DNA from: an uncultured Lachnospiraceae bacterium
Lineage (GTDB): Bacteria > Bacillota > Clostridia > Lachnospirales > Lachnospiraceae
Assembly: GCA_947566705.1 (NCBI GenBank)
Contig: CANOLA010000008.1
Location: forward strand, 634-64,633
Length of the DNA: 64,000 nucleotides
Direction: 5' to 3'
Shown one piece after another: positions 39,341 to 50,093 of this stretch. Under the pieces are notes generated by a model that worked only from the letters and a program-made list of their open reading frames with translations, searched no databases and had not been told where the DNA came from. Made by a program: the position numbers and the translations under genes. Position 1 is the first letter of the stretch; each line of letters begins with the position of its first letter.

Positions 39341-40711
39341 TTATGGGATATTACAGGTATTTACTGCTTCAATAATGATTTGTGCCATGTAATCAACCAT
39401 CTCATCCGTCATTCCCGGATAAACGCCTACCCAGAAGGAATTGTTCATAATATACTCTGTCACTTCCAGACTTCCCGACACGCGGTATTCTCCAGTATCA
39501 CGCATCGTATCGAAGCACGGCTGTTTTACGATATTTCCAGAAAATAAAAGCCTTGTCTGCACATTATGTTCCTCAATGTATTTAGTCACATCATTTCTCT
39601 TTAATCCGCTTTCCGGCTTTACACTGATTAAAAAACCAAACCATGACGGTATACTGTTTTGTGCCGGTTCGGGCAGGAGCAGTTTGTCAGAAACACATTC
39701 CAGTGCCTTGTAAAGACGCTCCCAGTTATGCCGCCGCCTTTCAATAAACGATGGAAATTTTTCAAGCTGTGCACAGCCGACTGCTGCCTGCATATCCGTT
39801 ACTTTCAGGTTGTAACCGAAGTGACTGTAGACATATTTGTGGTCGTATCCCTGGGGCAGCTGCCCGTATGTGCCGTCATACCGGTGTCCGCAGAAATTAT
39901 CATGCCCTGACGGACAGATACAGTCGCGTCCCCAGTCACGGAATGAAAGAATCAGCCGGTGCAGAAGCGGATTGTCTGTGTATACACAGCCGCCTTCCCC
40001 CATCGTCATATGATGCGGCGGATAAAAACTGCTTGTTGCGATATCACCCCATGTACCGGTATATTTCGTTACACCGTCAATCGTATATTTTGTACCAAGG
40101 GCATCACAGTTGTCCTCCACCAGCCACAAGTTATGTCTGTCACAAAACGCCTTTACTGCTGCAAGGTCAAAAGGATTTCCCAGTGTATGCGCAATCATGA
40201 CAGCCTTTGTTTTTTTCGTATATGCTGCTTCCAGTTTTGTCACATCAATATTGTACTGCGGAACTGTGGCGTCCACAAAAACCGGAACCGCCCCGTACTG
40301 GATGACCGGGGTAATTGTTGTCGGGAACCCACAGGCTACGGTAATGACTTCATCCCCTCTTTTAATCTGTCTCTCCCCAAGTTCCGGGGCTGTCAGCGCC
40401 ATAAACGCAATCAGGTTAGCAGAAGAACCGCTGTTTACCAGATGCGCATATTTTATTCCAATCCATTCTGCAAATTCTTTTTCAAACTTTTCGGAAAATC
40501 TTCCTGTCGTCAGCCAGAAATCCAGGGTGGCATCTGTGAGTGCACACATTTCCTTTTCATCAAACACACGCCCTGCATAGCTGATACGCTCCCCCGCTTT
40601 ATAGGGTTCTTTTTTCTCCTTAAAATCATGGTAATACTGTGTTACCAGTTCCTTTATCCGGCTTCTTGCTTCTTCCTCATTTTTCCATTCTGCCATTTCA
40701 AAATTCTCCAT
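39341..40711 (-). CDS. rfbH: CDP-4-keto-6-deoxy-D-glucose 3-dehydratase (E1, RfbH/DdhC)
   Basis: VNSGSSANL, EDNCDALG, SFYPPHHMTMGEGG (His in place of the Schiff-base Lys), RDCICPSGHDNFC Fe-S motif, YDHKY. Confidence 0.93.
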   Translation of the reverse strand: MENFEMAEWKNEEEARSRIKELVTQYYHDFKEKKEPYKAGERISYAGRVFDEKEMCALTDATLDFWLTTGRFSEKFEKEFAEWIGIKYAHLVNSGSSANLIAFMALTAPELGERQIKRGDEVITVACGFPTTITPVIQYGAVPVFVDATVPQYNIDVTKLEAAYTKKTKAVMIAHTLGNPFDLAAVKAFCDRHNLWLVEDNCDALGTKYTIDGVTKYTGTWGDIATSSFYPPHHMTMGEGGCVYTDNPLLHRLILSFRDWGRDCICPSGHDNFCGHRYDGTYGQLPQGYDHKYVYSHFGYNLKVTDMQAAVGCAQLEKFPSFIERRRHNWERLYKALECVSDKLLLPEPAQNSIPSWFGFLISVKPESGLKRNDVTKYIEEHNVQTRLLFSGNIVKQPCFDTMRDTGEYRVSGSLEVTEYIMNNSFWVGVYPGMTDEMVDYMAQIIIEAVNTCNIP

Positions 40712-40726
40712 TTCCTGTAGTATTTC

Positions 40727-41497
40727 TTATACCTTCCATGGCGCCGTGCCGCTGTCCCAGAGTTTCTCCAGGTATTCCCTGTCGTGGATATTGTCCATCG
40801 GCGACCAGAAACCGGGATGCTTGTATGCCGCCATCTGTCCGTCTGCCGCAAGGCACTCAAATGGTACCGTTTCCAGCATTGTGCTTCCATCCCCAAGGTA
40901 TTCAAACACCCCCGGCTCCATGACCATAAAACCAATGTTGACCCATGCCTGGTCAGAACGCGCTTTTTCCTTAAAACCCAGAACCTGGTTCCCTTCTCCG
41001 TCCAGCTGCAGCGCCCCAAACCGGCCCTCCGGCTGTGTTGTGGATATTGTAACTGTTTTTTTCTGCTCCCTGTGGAACTGCAGCAGCTTACCGATATCCA
41101 CATCCGAAACGCCGTCCCCGTAAGTCAGCAGAAACGGCTCCTCACCAATATAATCCCTGACCTTTAAAATTCTCCCTGCCGTCAGGGTTTCCAGCCCGGT
41201 ATCCACCAGCGTCACCTTCCATGGCTCACTGTTTTTTACTAGCACCTGTGCCTTCTGGTTTTTCAGAGAGATTTCTATCTGGCTGTTGTTCCTGTAATAA
41301 TTTACAAAATATTCTTTTATCATATGCCCTTTATAACCGCAGCATACAATAAATTCCCGGAATCCGTATGCGGCATACTGTCTCATAATATGCCATAAGA
41401 TTGGTCTTCCCCCGACTTCCACCATGGGTTTGGGGCGAAGCCTTGATTCCTCACTGATTCTCGTTCCTTTTCCACCTGCCAGGATTACTACTTTCAT
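40727..41497 (-). CDS. rfbF: glucose-1-phosphate cytidylyltransferase
   Basis: LAGGKGTRISEE..PKPM, LTYGDG, HPGFWSPMD. Confidence 0.93.
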   Translation of the reverse strand: MKVVILAGGKGTRISEESRLRPKPMVEVGGRPILWHIMRQYAAYGFREFIVCCGYKGHMIKEYFVNYYRNNSQIEISLKNQKAQVLVKNSEPWKVTLVDTGLETLTAGRILKVRDYIGEEPFLLTYGDGVSDVDIGKLLQFHREQKKTVTISTTQPEGRFGALQLDGEGNQVLGFKEKARSDQAWVNIGFMVMEPGVFEYLGDGSTMLETVPFECLAADGQMAAYKHPGFWSPMDNIHDREYLEKLWDSGTAPWKV

Positions 41498-41502
41498 GCG
41501 GT

Positions 41503-42552
41503 TTACTCCATTAAAAATTCCTGTATATGTGCTTCCATACACGCCCTGATGCTTTCACCACTCTGGTATACTTTTGCCCATTCAACTGTTTTTTCCACAG
41601 CCTTTTTAATATCCCATTTTGGCTTCCACCCGATTTTACTCTTTATAAGGGAACAGTCCAGCTTCAGAAATGATGCTTCATGCGGTCCTTCGTCACAGAC
41701 ATTTTTCCATGAAACACCAGTCCATGCATTACAGAAAAGATCTGCCAGCGTCCCAACCGTAATACAGTCATCCTCCTGGGGACCTACATTATAATATCCC
41801 TGCATTTCGGCAGACACTGCCTGCTTCTCCACAATCATCAGATACGCAATTAAAGGCTCCAGCACATGCTGGAACGGACGGACAGAATAAGGATTACGGA
41901 TAATAATTTCTTCCCCCGCCATGGCGGCACGCACGCAGTCCGGAATAATACGGTCTTTTGCAAAATCACCGCCGCCAATTACATTTCCCGCCCTTGCGGT
42001 TGATACGGCAATTCCTGTTTCATCCAGAAAAGATTTTTTGTAGCTGTGCGTCACCAGTTCGGAGCAGGATTTACTGTTGGAATACGGATCGTATCCGTCC
42101 AGTGCGTCTGTTTCCCGGTAACCCCAGTTCCATTCCCGGTTTTCATAGACTTTATCCGTGGTAACATTTAATACCGACTTAACGCCCTTTGTATTTCGCA
42201 CACACTCTAAAAGGTTCACGGTTCCCATCACATTTGTTTCATAGGTATAAACCGGATTTTGATAACTTTCCCGCACGATTGGCTGTGCGGCAAGATGAAA
42301 TACCAGCTCCGGTCTGTATGCTTCAAAAGTATTTTTCAAATGGCCAAAATCCCGGATATCACCCTCCACGGATTTCATATTTTCTCCTGCAGCAGACAGC
42401 GCAAACAAGTTTTCCCCCTCCGGCGGCAGGGCATAGCCAACCACATTGGCACCTGCCATTTCAAGCATGGTGCACAGCCAGCTTCCCTTAAAACCTGTGT
42501 GCCCGGTTACAAGTACGGTTTTCCCATTATAAAAATCCAGTTTTTTTATCAT
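41503..42552 (-). CDS. rfbG: CDP-glucose 4,6-dehydratase
   Basis: TGHTGFKGSW, HLAAQPIV, TTDKVY, YSNSK, RAGNVIGGGD. Confidence 0.95.
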   Translation of the reverse strand: MIKKLDFYNGKTVLVTGHTGFKGSWLCTMLEMAGANVVGYALPPEGENLFALSAAGENMKSVEGDIRDFGHLKNTFEAYRPELVFHLAAQPIVRESYQNPVYTYETNVMGTVNLLECVRNTKGVKSVLNVTTDKVYENREWNWGYRETDALDGYDPYSNSKSCSELVTHSYKKSFLDETGIAVSTARAGNVIGGGDFAKDRIIPDCVRAAMAGEEIIIRNPYSVRPFQHVLEPLIAYLMIVEKQAVSAEMQGYYNVGPQEDDCITVGTLADLFCNAWTGVSWKNVCDEGPHEASFLKLDCSLIKSKIGWKPKWDIKKAVEKTVEWAKVYQSGESIRACMEAHIQEFLME

Positions 42553-42554
42553 AT

Positions 42555-43328
42555 CTAATCCTCCCAGACTTTCCACGGAGCCTGTCCGGCTGCCCAGAGT
42601 CCTTCCAGCCATGTCTTATCCCGGATTGTCTCTACCGGGGACCAGAAGCCTTCGTGGCGGTATGTCTGTACGGTTTCCTTTCCTGCCAGACAGTCCATCA
42701 GCGTGGCTCCAGACGGATGCTCCAGATGCTGCAGCGCACGCGGCTCTAATACCATATTGCAGGCATTCACCCATGCCTCCTGCGCTCCCCCGCTGCTTTT
42801 GCTGCAGATTCCTTTGTAGGTTCCATCCGACTCCATTGACAGAATTTCATTTCTTCCCGTCGGATGCGCCACTGCAAATGTGGCTGCCCTGCCGGAATCC
42901 TTATGCTGTTTTACCATTTCCCGGATATCAATATCTGAAAGACAGTCCCCGTACGATACCAGCACCGGCTCGTCCCCTGCAAATTCACGCGCCATGTACA
43001 TCCTCTCCAGAACCGAAGAGTTTCTCCCCGTATCTATGATGGATACTTTCCAGTCCTCCGTCTGTTTTCTGTGAACCTCAACCTGGTTTGTCTGCAAATC
43101 CACAGTAATGTCCGACTGGTAGACATAAAAATTCAGGAAATAATCTTTTATTACCTCCCCCTTATAGCCGGTACAGATAATAAAATCATGATAACCATAA
43201 TAGTCGTACTGCTTCATAATATGCCACAAAAGCGGGCGTCTGCCGATTTCCGCCATTGGCTTTGGCATTTTTTCATCTTCTTCAATTAAGGTACTTGGCA
43301 GACCGCCTGCCAGAATAATTACTTTCAC
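42555..43328 (-). CDS. RfbF-like nucleotidyltransferase with degenerate signature loop
   Basis: LAGGLPSTLIEE..PKPM instead of GGxGTR; SYGD, HEGFWSPVE; GTG start. Confidence 0.85.
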   Translation of the reverse strand: MKVIILAGGLPSTLIEEDEKMPKPMAEIGRRPLLWHIMKQYDYYGYHDFIICTGYKGEVIKDYFLNFYVYQSDITVDLQTNQVEVHRKQTEDWKVSIIDTGRNSSVLERMYMAREFAGDEPVLVSYGDCLSDIDIREMVKQHKDSGRAATFAVAHPTGRNEILSMESDGTYKGICSKSSGGAQEAWVNACNMVLEPRALQHLEHPSGATLMDCLAGKETVQTYRHEGFWSPVETIRDKTWLEGLWAAGQAPWKVWED

Positions 43329-43519
43329 TTTTGTTCCTCCATTCAGCTTCCAGTATTTTCGGGATTTGTAGTATATCAGCTTTATGAAATGAAAATCCGG
43401 ATATGCTGCCTTGTCTGTGGCAGTGTGAAAATATGCTTTGAAAGAATTATAACATTTGGAGGGAGGAAATGCAATTACCCAATTCGGGACACACTATGTG
43501 ATAAACTCTTACAGTTCAT

Positions 43520-44812
43520 TTAATCCGCCTCCTGTTCCACCACATAACTCCCCAGCATATTCTCCTGATACGCCGCCCTTTTCCTCTCCAGCAGACACTC
43601 CTTTATTTCCTGCAATTCTTCCACCGTCACCTTATCCAGTTTCCGCAATTCCTGATCCTTTAAAACCTCATCCGACAACGCCAGCTCATAAAACTCCTTT
43701 TTATAATTCCACAACACCAGACGGCTGCCATACCGCAGTTTTAATCCCTGCGCAATCTGCAGACCGGAAGCATCAAAATCGCCCGCATAAAAAAGGGTAT
43801 AATGTTCCGGAAATAAATCCAGTGTCACATATCCTGCCAATTTCACCTGTCCCATCGTACATACAAAAGTATCGTCCGGATATTTTTGTATTAAATACGA
43901 AAATACCGCAGGATTTTCCACAACATAAACCTTTGTTTTATGCTCTCCTGCCGCTTTTAAACAAACCAGTTTTCCCAGTGTATTTAATGTTACCTGCAGA
44001 GCCTGCCGTTCCGTCCAGAAGCCCTGCAGTCCCTTATGAATCCCATTAGTTTCATCTGTTCCTGACACACCGTAAACCATGCAGACATTGGATAAATCAT
44101 CTTTTAAAATCCCCATGGCATACAGCAGGGATTCCCGCTGTTCAATTCCGGAAATCCCTGCAGCAGTCTGTCCAAACCGGTAGCATCCGTAATTTAATAA
44201 TAATTTTCCTGCCGCCGTTCCCTCATCAAAATAATGGGGATTTCCCGTAATCTCCGCCGCAAAAACGGGCAGTAACTGTTTTTGTTTCCTGTCCGCAGGC
44301 AGATGTTCCAGTGCGCATACTGCATTTTTTAATAAATCTCCCGCAGTCTTTACATCTGATGACAGCAGTCTGCTAATTTGCCGGCTGCCCTTTGCCTGTC
44401 CTGTCAAAAGGTCTGACATCCATGCCCTCACATTTTCATCTGTACACAATGCAAGTGCACTTTCACAAAAAAGCTCCCGCTCCCTTCTTTTCTGCTGCCG
44501 TTCCTCCTTCTTTATAAGAAGAGGTTTTCCATCATGGCTCACGATAATTTCTTCCCATGTACAAGCTGCAAACCTGCTTCTTTTTAATGCTTTTTCCAGG
44601 CTGGAAAAAGACAGCTTTACTGTCGTTTTCTTTCCCAGATCCAGCCCCAGAAAACCGGAAAGCGTATTTCTTTCTTCCGTTGACAAATCCAGAATAAACG
44701 CTCCTCCCAGATGCCCCAGACTGGCATACTTTTTTCGCATTGCCGCAAAAAGCTTATTATAAACCGGATACTTTTTAAAATATGAAACTGCATGAATCAA
44801 ATCCGTTTCCAT
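43520..44812 (-). CDS. jetD: Wadjet type II TOPRIM nuclease JetD (TIGR02679 / DUF3323+DUF2399-like)
   Basis: GNPHYFD, VVENPAVF, YAGDFDASG (DxD), AAYQE. Confidence 0.88.
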   Translation of the reverse strand: METDLIHAVSYFKKYPVYNKLFAAMRKKYASLGHLGGAFILDLSTEERNTLSGFLGLDLGKKTTVKLSFSSLEKALKRSRFAACTWEEIIVSHDGKPLLIKKEERQQKRRERELFCESALALCTDENVRAWMSDLLTGQAKGSRQISRLLSSDVKTAGDLLKNAVCALEHLPADRKQKQLLPVFAAEITGNPHYFDEGTAAGKLLLNYGCYRFGQTAAGISGIEQRESLLYAMGILKDDLSNVCMVYGVSGTDETNGIHKGLQGFWTERQALQVTLNTLGKLVCLKAAGEHKTKVYVVENPAVFSYLIQKYPDDTFVCTMGQVKLAGYVTLDLFPEHYTLFYAGDFDASGLQIAQGLKLRYGSRLVLWNYKKEFYELALSDEVLKDQELRKLDKVTVEELQEIKECLLERKRAAYQENMLGSYVVEQEAD

Positions 44813-47800
44813 TATGCGAGTGCCTTCACTTTCCCATTCCAGATATATTTAATTACGGTTACACACTTTACATTTAACGGACGGATTAAATGATAAATTG
44901 CCAGACTCGGAACCGTATCATAATCGCCCCACAATACCTGCGAATTGATAATAAAGTTCAGCTCCAGCTGAATCATCAGGCGGAACATATCCTTAATATT
45001 CATTTCATCCACACCCGCAAATGCCTCATCCAGTGAAATAATTCTCGGCGCATCTTCATTTGCGCCTTTGTATTTTGCCACTACCGCTGAAAAAAGCGGT
45101 ACATACATGGACATTGCCTTTTCTCCCCCGCTGAATGTAAAAAACATGCGGTCGGTCATTTCCTTTTTCTTTTCCCCGATTTTCTGAAAATACAGCTGAA
45201 ATTCAAACCACTTTCTGTAGTCTAGGATTTCCTTCATAATGACATGGAACGACTGCAGATTGTGTTCCTCTTTCGACTGCTTTCTTGCCTCACTGATGCA
45301 GGAACGGAAATGGGAAGATAAACGATTAATATCTTCCTGCCGCATAATCTCCGCATCGGTCTGAAGTAAATCCACCAGTTCCCTTGTGTCTAACTGTCCC
45401 TCTTTTTCTGCTTTCTTCGGCTGCCATTTCAGGCTCAGTGTCAGACCGCTGGACGTTTCCATGGACTCCATCATCTGGTTCATCGCCTCCACCCAGCGGT
45501 TACTTTCCTGAATTTTTGCGCGGACTTTTCTGCTGATCGTATTAGAAAGAATATCCTCGAACAACTCCCTGTCCTTCTCGCTTAAAAGGCTTCCAAGCTT
45601 TTCCATATCACTGTGCAGCTGTAAAACCAGCTCTGGAAAACTGATTTCCGTCCCTCTGTATTTTGCCCGGAAATCAATACGCTTTACTTCCTCCGGTTTT
45701 AATTTGTCTGCATCTGATTTCTGCAGTTCTTCAAACACATTATTCCTCTGCACGGGCTGGTATTCGGTTAAAACCCCGCGTTTTTCATAAAAAACTTTCT
45801 GCAGGTCCTGCACCAGCTCCAGACTCCCCTTTGTTCCCGTCTGTCCGTAAAGCATCTGTGCTGTTCTGTCTGCCAGTTCTTTGCTTTCTTCCGTTTGGAC
45901 AAAGTCACACGGCACATAGCCAAGCCTGTACTCCGCCAGAAATACTTTCTCCCACTGTTTTCTTTTGATGTCTTTATGCAGTAAATTTTCCGTTTCCCTG
46001 TTCAGTGTTTCTTGTTTATTCTTAATTTCTTCTTCCAGTTTTCCCTGCCTTGTTTTAGAATCTTCCTTTTCCTTCGGAATTCCTGTGCTGTTATCCAGAC
46101 GCTTCACGCAGTGCTCAAGGCGTTCCTTTACCTCCTCGTAGTCTGTCAGTTTAAGCTGTTCACGAACGGACTTTAATTCAGCCAGACATAAGTCATATTT
46201 CTTTCTTATTTCCTGCATTTCATAAATCAGTTCATCCAAATCCAGTTCTAATTTTTCCATCTGATCCCTGTCCGAACAAATCCATGCAAGCGTGTCCAGA
46301 TATTTCCCGTGTTTCGTCTTTACTTCCTGATATTCCTCCCGGTAGGTTTCCAAATGTTCTCTTTCTTCCAGATAAATGTCCAGTCCTCCTGCAAGTCCGG
46401 TCTTTCTGCGCACCTCCTGCATCTGACCCTGAATCTCTTTTAATTTCGCTTCCCATTCCTGCAGAATCTGTTCCTGCTTCCTGACCGCTTCCTTTGCCTG
46501 CTCCAGCAGATGTTTTGCTTTATCTTCCTCCTTTAACGCTTCCCGCAAATCGTCCACAGCCGGAAATTTTTTAAATTCCTCCTCTAACTGTTCCAGCTGC
46601 TGCCCTACAGTTGCTGCCAGACGTGTCAGCTCATTTAACTTTTCTTCCACTGCAGCCAGTTCTTCCTTAAGCTTTGCAATACAAGCCAGACGGTTCTTTT
46701 CCCTCGCCGCCATGCCAATATATTTGGCCACATATTCCGAGGAAACATTTCCCTCAATGATTCCCATTCCATAACGTCCTTTTTCATCAATCCAGACACG
46801 GGTTTCATTCTGAAATCCATAACCAACCGCGGACAATAAATTCTGCACCTGCATATAGAGCATAATATTATTTTCTGCATTTTCCAGCGTAAATAAATCC
46901 AGCATATTTTCCTGCAGACGGGCAGCATCTGCAAAAAGATAGCGGTCGCAGATTCCCTCTTCTTCCAACTCCAGAACCTGCTTTCTGTAATCCGGCGCCA
47001 GTACCAGCGCATCCAGTATTCCCATCTGGGAAAAAGCGGCTTCCAGCCGGTTACACTGTTCCCCGGAAAGCGTATTTTCAAAATCTATCACCTTATAAAA
47101 CGGCACTACCGGAATCCCTTTATTTTTTAACCGCTCCCTGTTTTTGATTACTTCCCGCGAACGTTCCGGCTCTACTTCTTCTGCCTGCTCCAGTTTTGTA
47201 ATCTCATCTGTCAGACGCTGTTTTTCTTCTTCCTGCTGTCTTTGCTCTCCGGCAATCCTGTTTTTCTCATCCGATAAACCGTTTCTGATCTCCTGCCGTT
47301 TTTTGTCTGCAATATCCCGTATCAAGGAATAATCCGTTTCATACTGGAAAGCTTCAATCTGCCTGCTCATCTGCTGCAGTTCCAGTTCCTCCAGTTTTAT
47401 CCATGTATTATTCTCCGACCATCTGTGAACAGCTTCTGTCAGTTCCCCTTTCTGTTCACGCACCAGCCGCTCATACTGCAGCAGCTCCCGTTCTTCGGCG
47501 TCCCTCGCTTCTTTTTTCTGGTCCATTTCCTGCAGGGCATCATTATAATTTCTCTTAATTTCCTTTTCCCGCTTTAATACATCAATTCCATTTTGAACCT
47601 GCGCAATATAATTCTTTAACAAAGTATCCTGATAAGAAAAATCACAAGACTTCTCCTTGTTTTTCTTAAGCTCTTCTATCATAAATTCCCATTCGGAAAA
47701 CGGGCTTTCTTCCATCTCATCTTTAATATCTGAAAACAAATGTTCCAGTTCGTCCCAGAGCTGTTCTGCACGTCCGGTATGCTCTTTGTGCCCTGCTTCT

Positions 47801-48906
47801 TTTTCACGCAGATCCGCCTTTTTCTTTCCTGTCTGTTCTTCTTTCTTCTGTAATGTTATTTCGTGATTTTTCTGCTCCTGCTGCAGTGTTTGTTCTTTTT
47901 CCTTAAGCTTTGCCGCATCACTTTCCTGTAAGCTTTTGAATTCCCTGTCTAATACCTCGTATTCATTTTCCAGGTCAGTATATTTCTTTTCTTCCTCTTC
48001 CAGCTCCTGTTTGGCCCGTTCGCATCCCTTCTCCAGCGCACGGACTTCCTTTTCATTTTTCCGGTAAGCTCTTTCCTCTTCCAGATATTTTTCCGCCTTT
48101 TCCTTAAGAACCGCTTTATTATATTTATCATATTCTTTCTGGATATCCTCTGCCGCTTTCACGCAGTCCTCCAGAGTCCGCAGATTTGTTTCCAGACTGT
48201 CCATGTTTTCAATCGCTTCTGACATCGGGCGCAAATCCTCCTCGGAAAGCGTTTGAAGCGAACTGCTTAATATTTCGTTAATGACCGACGGCTTAAAATC
48301 CTTGGACAGCTTCGGTGTACGAAGCTGGATAAGCAGGGATAAAAGCTCCCTGTATTCCTCCGCCGTTTCAAATCCAAACAATAGCTCATTTACGCATTTT
48401 TCATATTCACTCTGACTGTCAATCACCCTGCCGCCATCTCCAATACGGTTTCTAAGCTCCATTTTTGTCAGCACGAGTTTTTCTTTTCCCTCTTTATACA
48501 AAAGGAAATCCCTGCCAATCCTTCTGCCATCCTGAATATAAAAATACCACGTTTCAAGCGGCTTCCCTTTCCGCGCACGGATTCCCATGCCAAACGTCAG
48601 ATAGGTTTCCGATTCTTCGCGCTTAAATTCCATATATAAATAGCCAATCCGCTCGTCCCTTACATCGTCCTCCTCCAGAAGATAATTTTCCATTTTACGC
48701 GCCCTTGAGCCAAACGGGTCCAGACGTTCCGGCCTCATATTACCATCTAAAAGCAGGGGCACAAAGCTTTGCATGGTCACAGATTTACCGGAACCATTTG
48801 CCCCGCGTAGCAGCATTCTTCCATCTAAAAATTCATATTCCTGATCCCCGTAATACCAAAAATCCACCAGTCCAATCCGGCTTCCCATCCAACGGCTGTT
48901 TTTCAT
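44812..48906 (-). CDS. jetC: Wadjet type II SMC-like ATPase JetC (TIGR02680-like)
   Basis: Walker A GANGSGKS, long coiled coils, signature FSGGEK, Walker B ISLDEAF. Confidence 0.92.
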   Translation of the reverse strand: MKNSRWMGSRIGLVDFWYYGDQEYEFLDGRMLLRGANGSGKSVTMQSFVPLLLDGNMRPERLDPFGSRARKMENYLLEEDDVRDERIGYLYMEFKREESETYLTFGMGIRARKGKPLETWYFYIQDGRRIGRDFLLYKEGKEKLVLTKMELRNRIGDGGRVIDSQSEYEKCVNELLFGFETAEEYRELLSLLIQLRTPKLSKDFKPSVINEILSSSLQTLSEEDLRPMSEAIENMDSLETNLRTLEDCVKAAEDIQKEYDKYNKAVLKEKAEKYLEEERAYRKNEKEVRALEKGCERAKQELEEEEKKYTDLENEYEVLDREFKSLQESDAAKLKEKEQTLQQEQKNHEITLQKKEEQTGKKKADLREKEAGHKEHTGRAEQLWDELEHLFSDIKDEMEESPFSEWEFMIEELKKNKEKSCDFSYQDTLLKNYIAQVQNGIDVLKREKEIKRNYNDALQEMDQKKEARDAEERELLQYERLVREQKGELTEAVHRWSENNTWIKLEELELQQMSRQIEAFQYETDYSLIRDIADKKRQEIRNGLSDEKNRIAGEQRQQEEEKQRLTDEITKLEQAEEVEPERSREVIKNRERLKNKGIPVVPFYKVIDFENTLSGEQCNRLEAAFSQMGILDALVLAPDYRKQVLELEEEGICDRYLFADAARLQENMLDLFTLENAENNIMLYMQVQNLLSAVGYGFQNETRVWIDEKGRYGMGIIEGNVSSEYVAKYIGMAAREKNRLACIAKLKEELAAVEEKLNELTRLAATVGQQLEQLEEEFKKFPAVDDLREALKEEDKAKHLLEQAKEAVRKQEQILQEWEAKLKEIQGQMQEVRRKTGLAGGLDIYLEEREHLETYREEYQEVKTKHGKYLDTLAWICSDRDQMEKLELDLDELIYEMQEIRKKYDLCLAELKSVREQLKLTDYEEVKERLEHCVKRLDNSTGIPKEKEDSKTRQGKLEEEIKNKQETLNRETENLLHKDIKRKQWEKVFLAEYRLGYVPCDFVQTEESKELADRTAQMLYGQTGTKGSLELVQDLQKVFYEKRGVLTEYQPVQRNNVFEELQKSDADKLKPEEVKRIDFRAKYRGTEISFPELVLQLHSDMEKLGSLLSEKDRELFEDILSNTISRKVRAKIQESNRWVEAMNQMMESMETSSGLTLSLKWQPKKAEKEGQLDTRELVDLLQTDAEIMRQEDINRLSSHFRSCISEARKQSKEEHNLQSFHVIMKEILDYRKWFEFQLYFQKIGEKKKEMTDRMFFTFSGGEKAMSMYVPLFSAVVAKYKGANEDAPRIISLDEAFAGVDEMNIKDMFRLMIQLELNFIINSQVLWGDYDTVPSLAIYHLIRPLNVKCVTVIKYIWNGKVKALA

Positions 48907-48921
48907 ATACGCCTCCCATTT

Positions 48922-50067
48922 TTATTCCTTATCTGACTGTCCGTGTACCTCAAAATCTGCCGGATAAACAGCGGTCACACGGCAAAAAACGGCATTGATT
49001 TTTATCTGCCCGTCCTGCTTTTCAATAAATTCCATCTGCTGCAGTTCGTCCATGATCTTCCTGCAGAATTCCTTTGTCGTCATTTCCCTATACAGCTTTA
49101 CAAAACCAGCCTGATACGTTTGTTTACATTCCTCAAGCAGGGACAGCATCTCGTTTTCCTGCACAAAAACCACATCCTGCATATCCGGTTTCCATATATT
49201 TTTTTCCACCCGTTCACGTACCAGTTTTCCGCATAAAAGAACAATATCCGACATGCTGTTTGCCTCCGGAAAACATCTTCCCATACTGCATTCTTCCCCC
49301 AGTACTAAAAACGCCTGGTTTTTATAAATCTGAAGTTCGCAGTGCAGGTACTGGGAAAAATCCTTTTCAATATTTCTTTTTCCATACTGCCGTATATAAG
49401 AAAAATCTTCTTCTGTTTCCTGTGTTCTCTGCACCCCCATGGTCATCAGCAGTCTTCGGTATACCCTCTGTCTGCGGACAATCCCGCGGTCTTCGTCCAT
49501 CCCGAACCAGTCCTCTTTTGAAAAATCCTCCGGCGAGATAAAACTTGTAATATCCGTTGTGAAATTACGCATAAAATAACGGGAAACGCCCGTATTTAAA
49601 TAAAGCACATCCGCCTCACTGTCGTTTTTAAAGCTGTCCTCACTGCCGTCATACACCTGCAATATCCCACAGCCCACGCAGTATTTTAATACCTTCACCA
49701 GACATCTCCGGTTCTGGTAAAGCGTCCAGTCAACTGTTTCTTTTTTCCATGTACTGCTGATAAATTCCGTCAGCTGCGATAAAATAAACTGCCCGTCAAT
49801 TTCTTTATCTTCCAGAAACATAAGAACCAGACAGAAAAATATATATTCCAGCGGTTCTGTAAATTCCATAATTCCCATCCAGTTTTCAGGAACCGCAGGA
49901 ATCTTTTCCAGTTTAATCACATAGGGATTTACAATCAGGTGATAGCCAAGCTTTTCACTTAAAAAGTCCTGATACTGACCGATTTCATCTTTGATCTGAT
50001 AATATTCCTCTTTATTGACTGCCTTTACAAACCAGCGTCTGGAAAGCAGTTTTTCCAGCGTATTCAC
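48922..50067 (-). CDS. jetB: Wadjet type II JetB (TIGR02678 / DUF2398-like)
   Basis: Position between JetA and JetC; DWTLYQNRRCLV, RRQRVYRRLL. Confidence 0.82.
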   Translation of the reverse strand: MNTLEKLLSRRWFVKAVNKEEYYQIKDEIGQYQDFLSEKLGYHLIVNPYVIKLEKIPAVPENWMGIMEFTEPLEYIFFCLVLMFLEDKEIDGQFILSQLTEFISSTWKKETVDWTLYQNRRCLVKVLKYCVGCGILQVYDGSEDSFKNDSEADVLYLNTGVSRYFMRNFTTDITSFISPEDFSKEDWFGMDEDRGIVRRQRVYRRLLMTMGVQRTQETEEDFSYIRQYGKRNIEKDFSQYLHCELQIYKNQAFLVLGEECSMGRCFPEANSMSDIVLLCGKLVRERVEKNIWKPDMQDVVFVQENEMLSLLEECKQTYQAGFVKLYREMTTKEFCRKIMDELQQMEFIEKQDGQIKINAVFCRVTAVYPADFEVHGQSDKE

Positions 50068-50093
50068 TCTCTATGGCACTCCTTTTCTCTGCT

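Noticed and set aside
43330-43520. Possible att site or gene remnant at the left island edge
   Set aside because: No direct repeat matching the right edge and no recognisable translation found by eye
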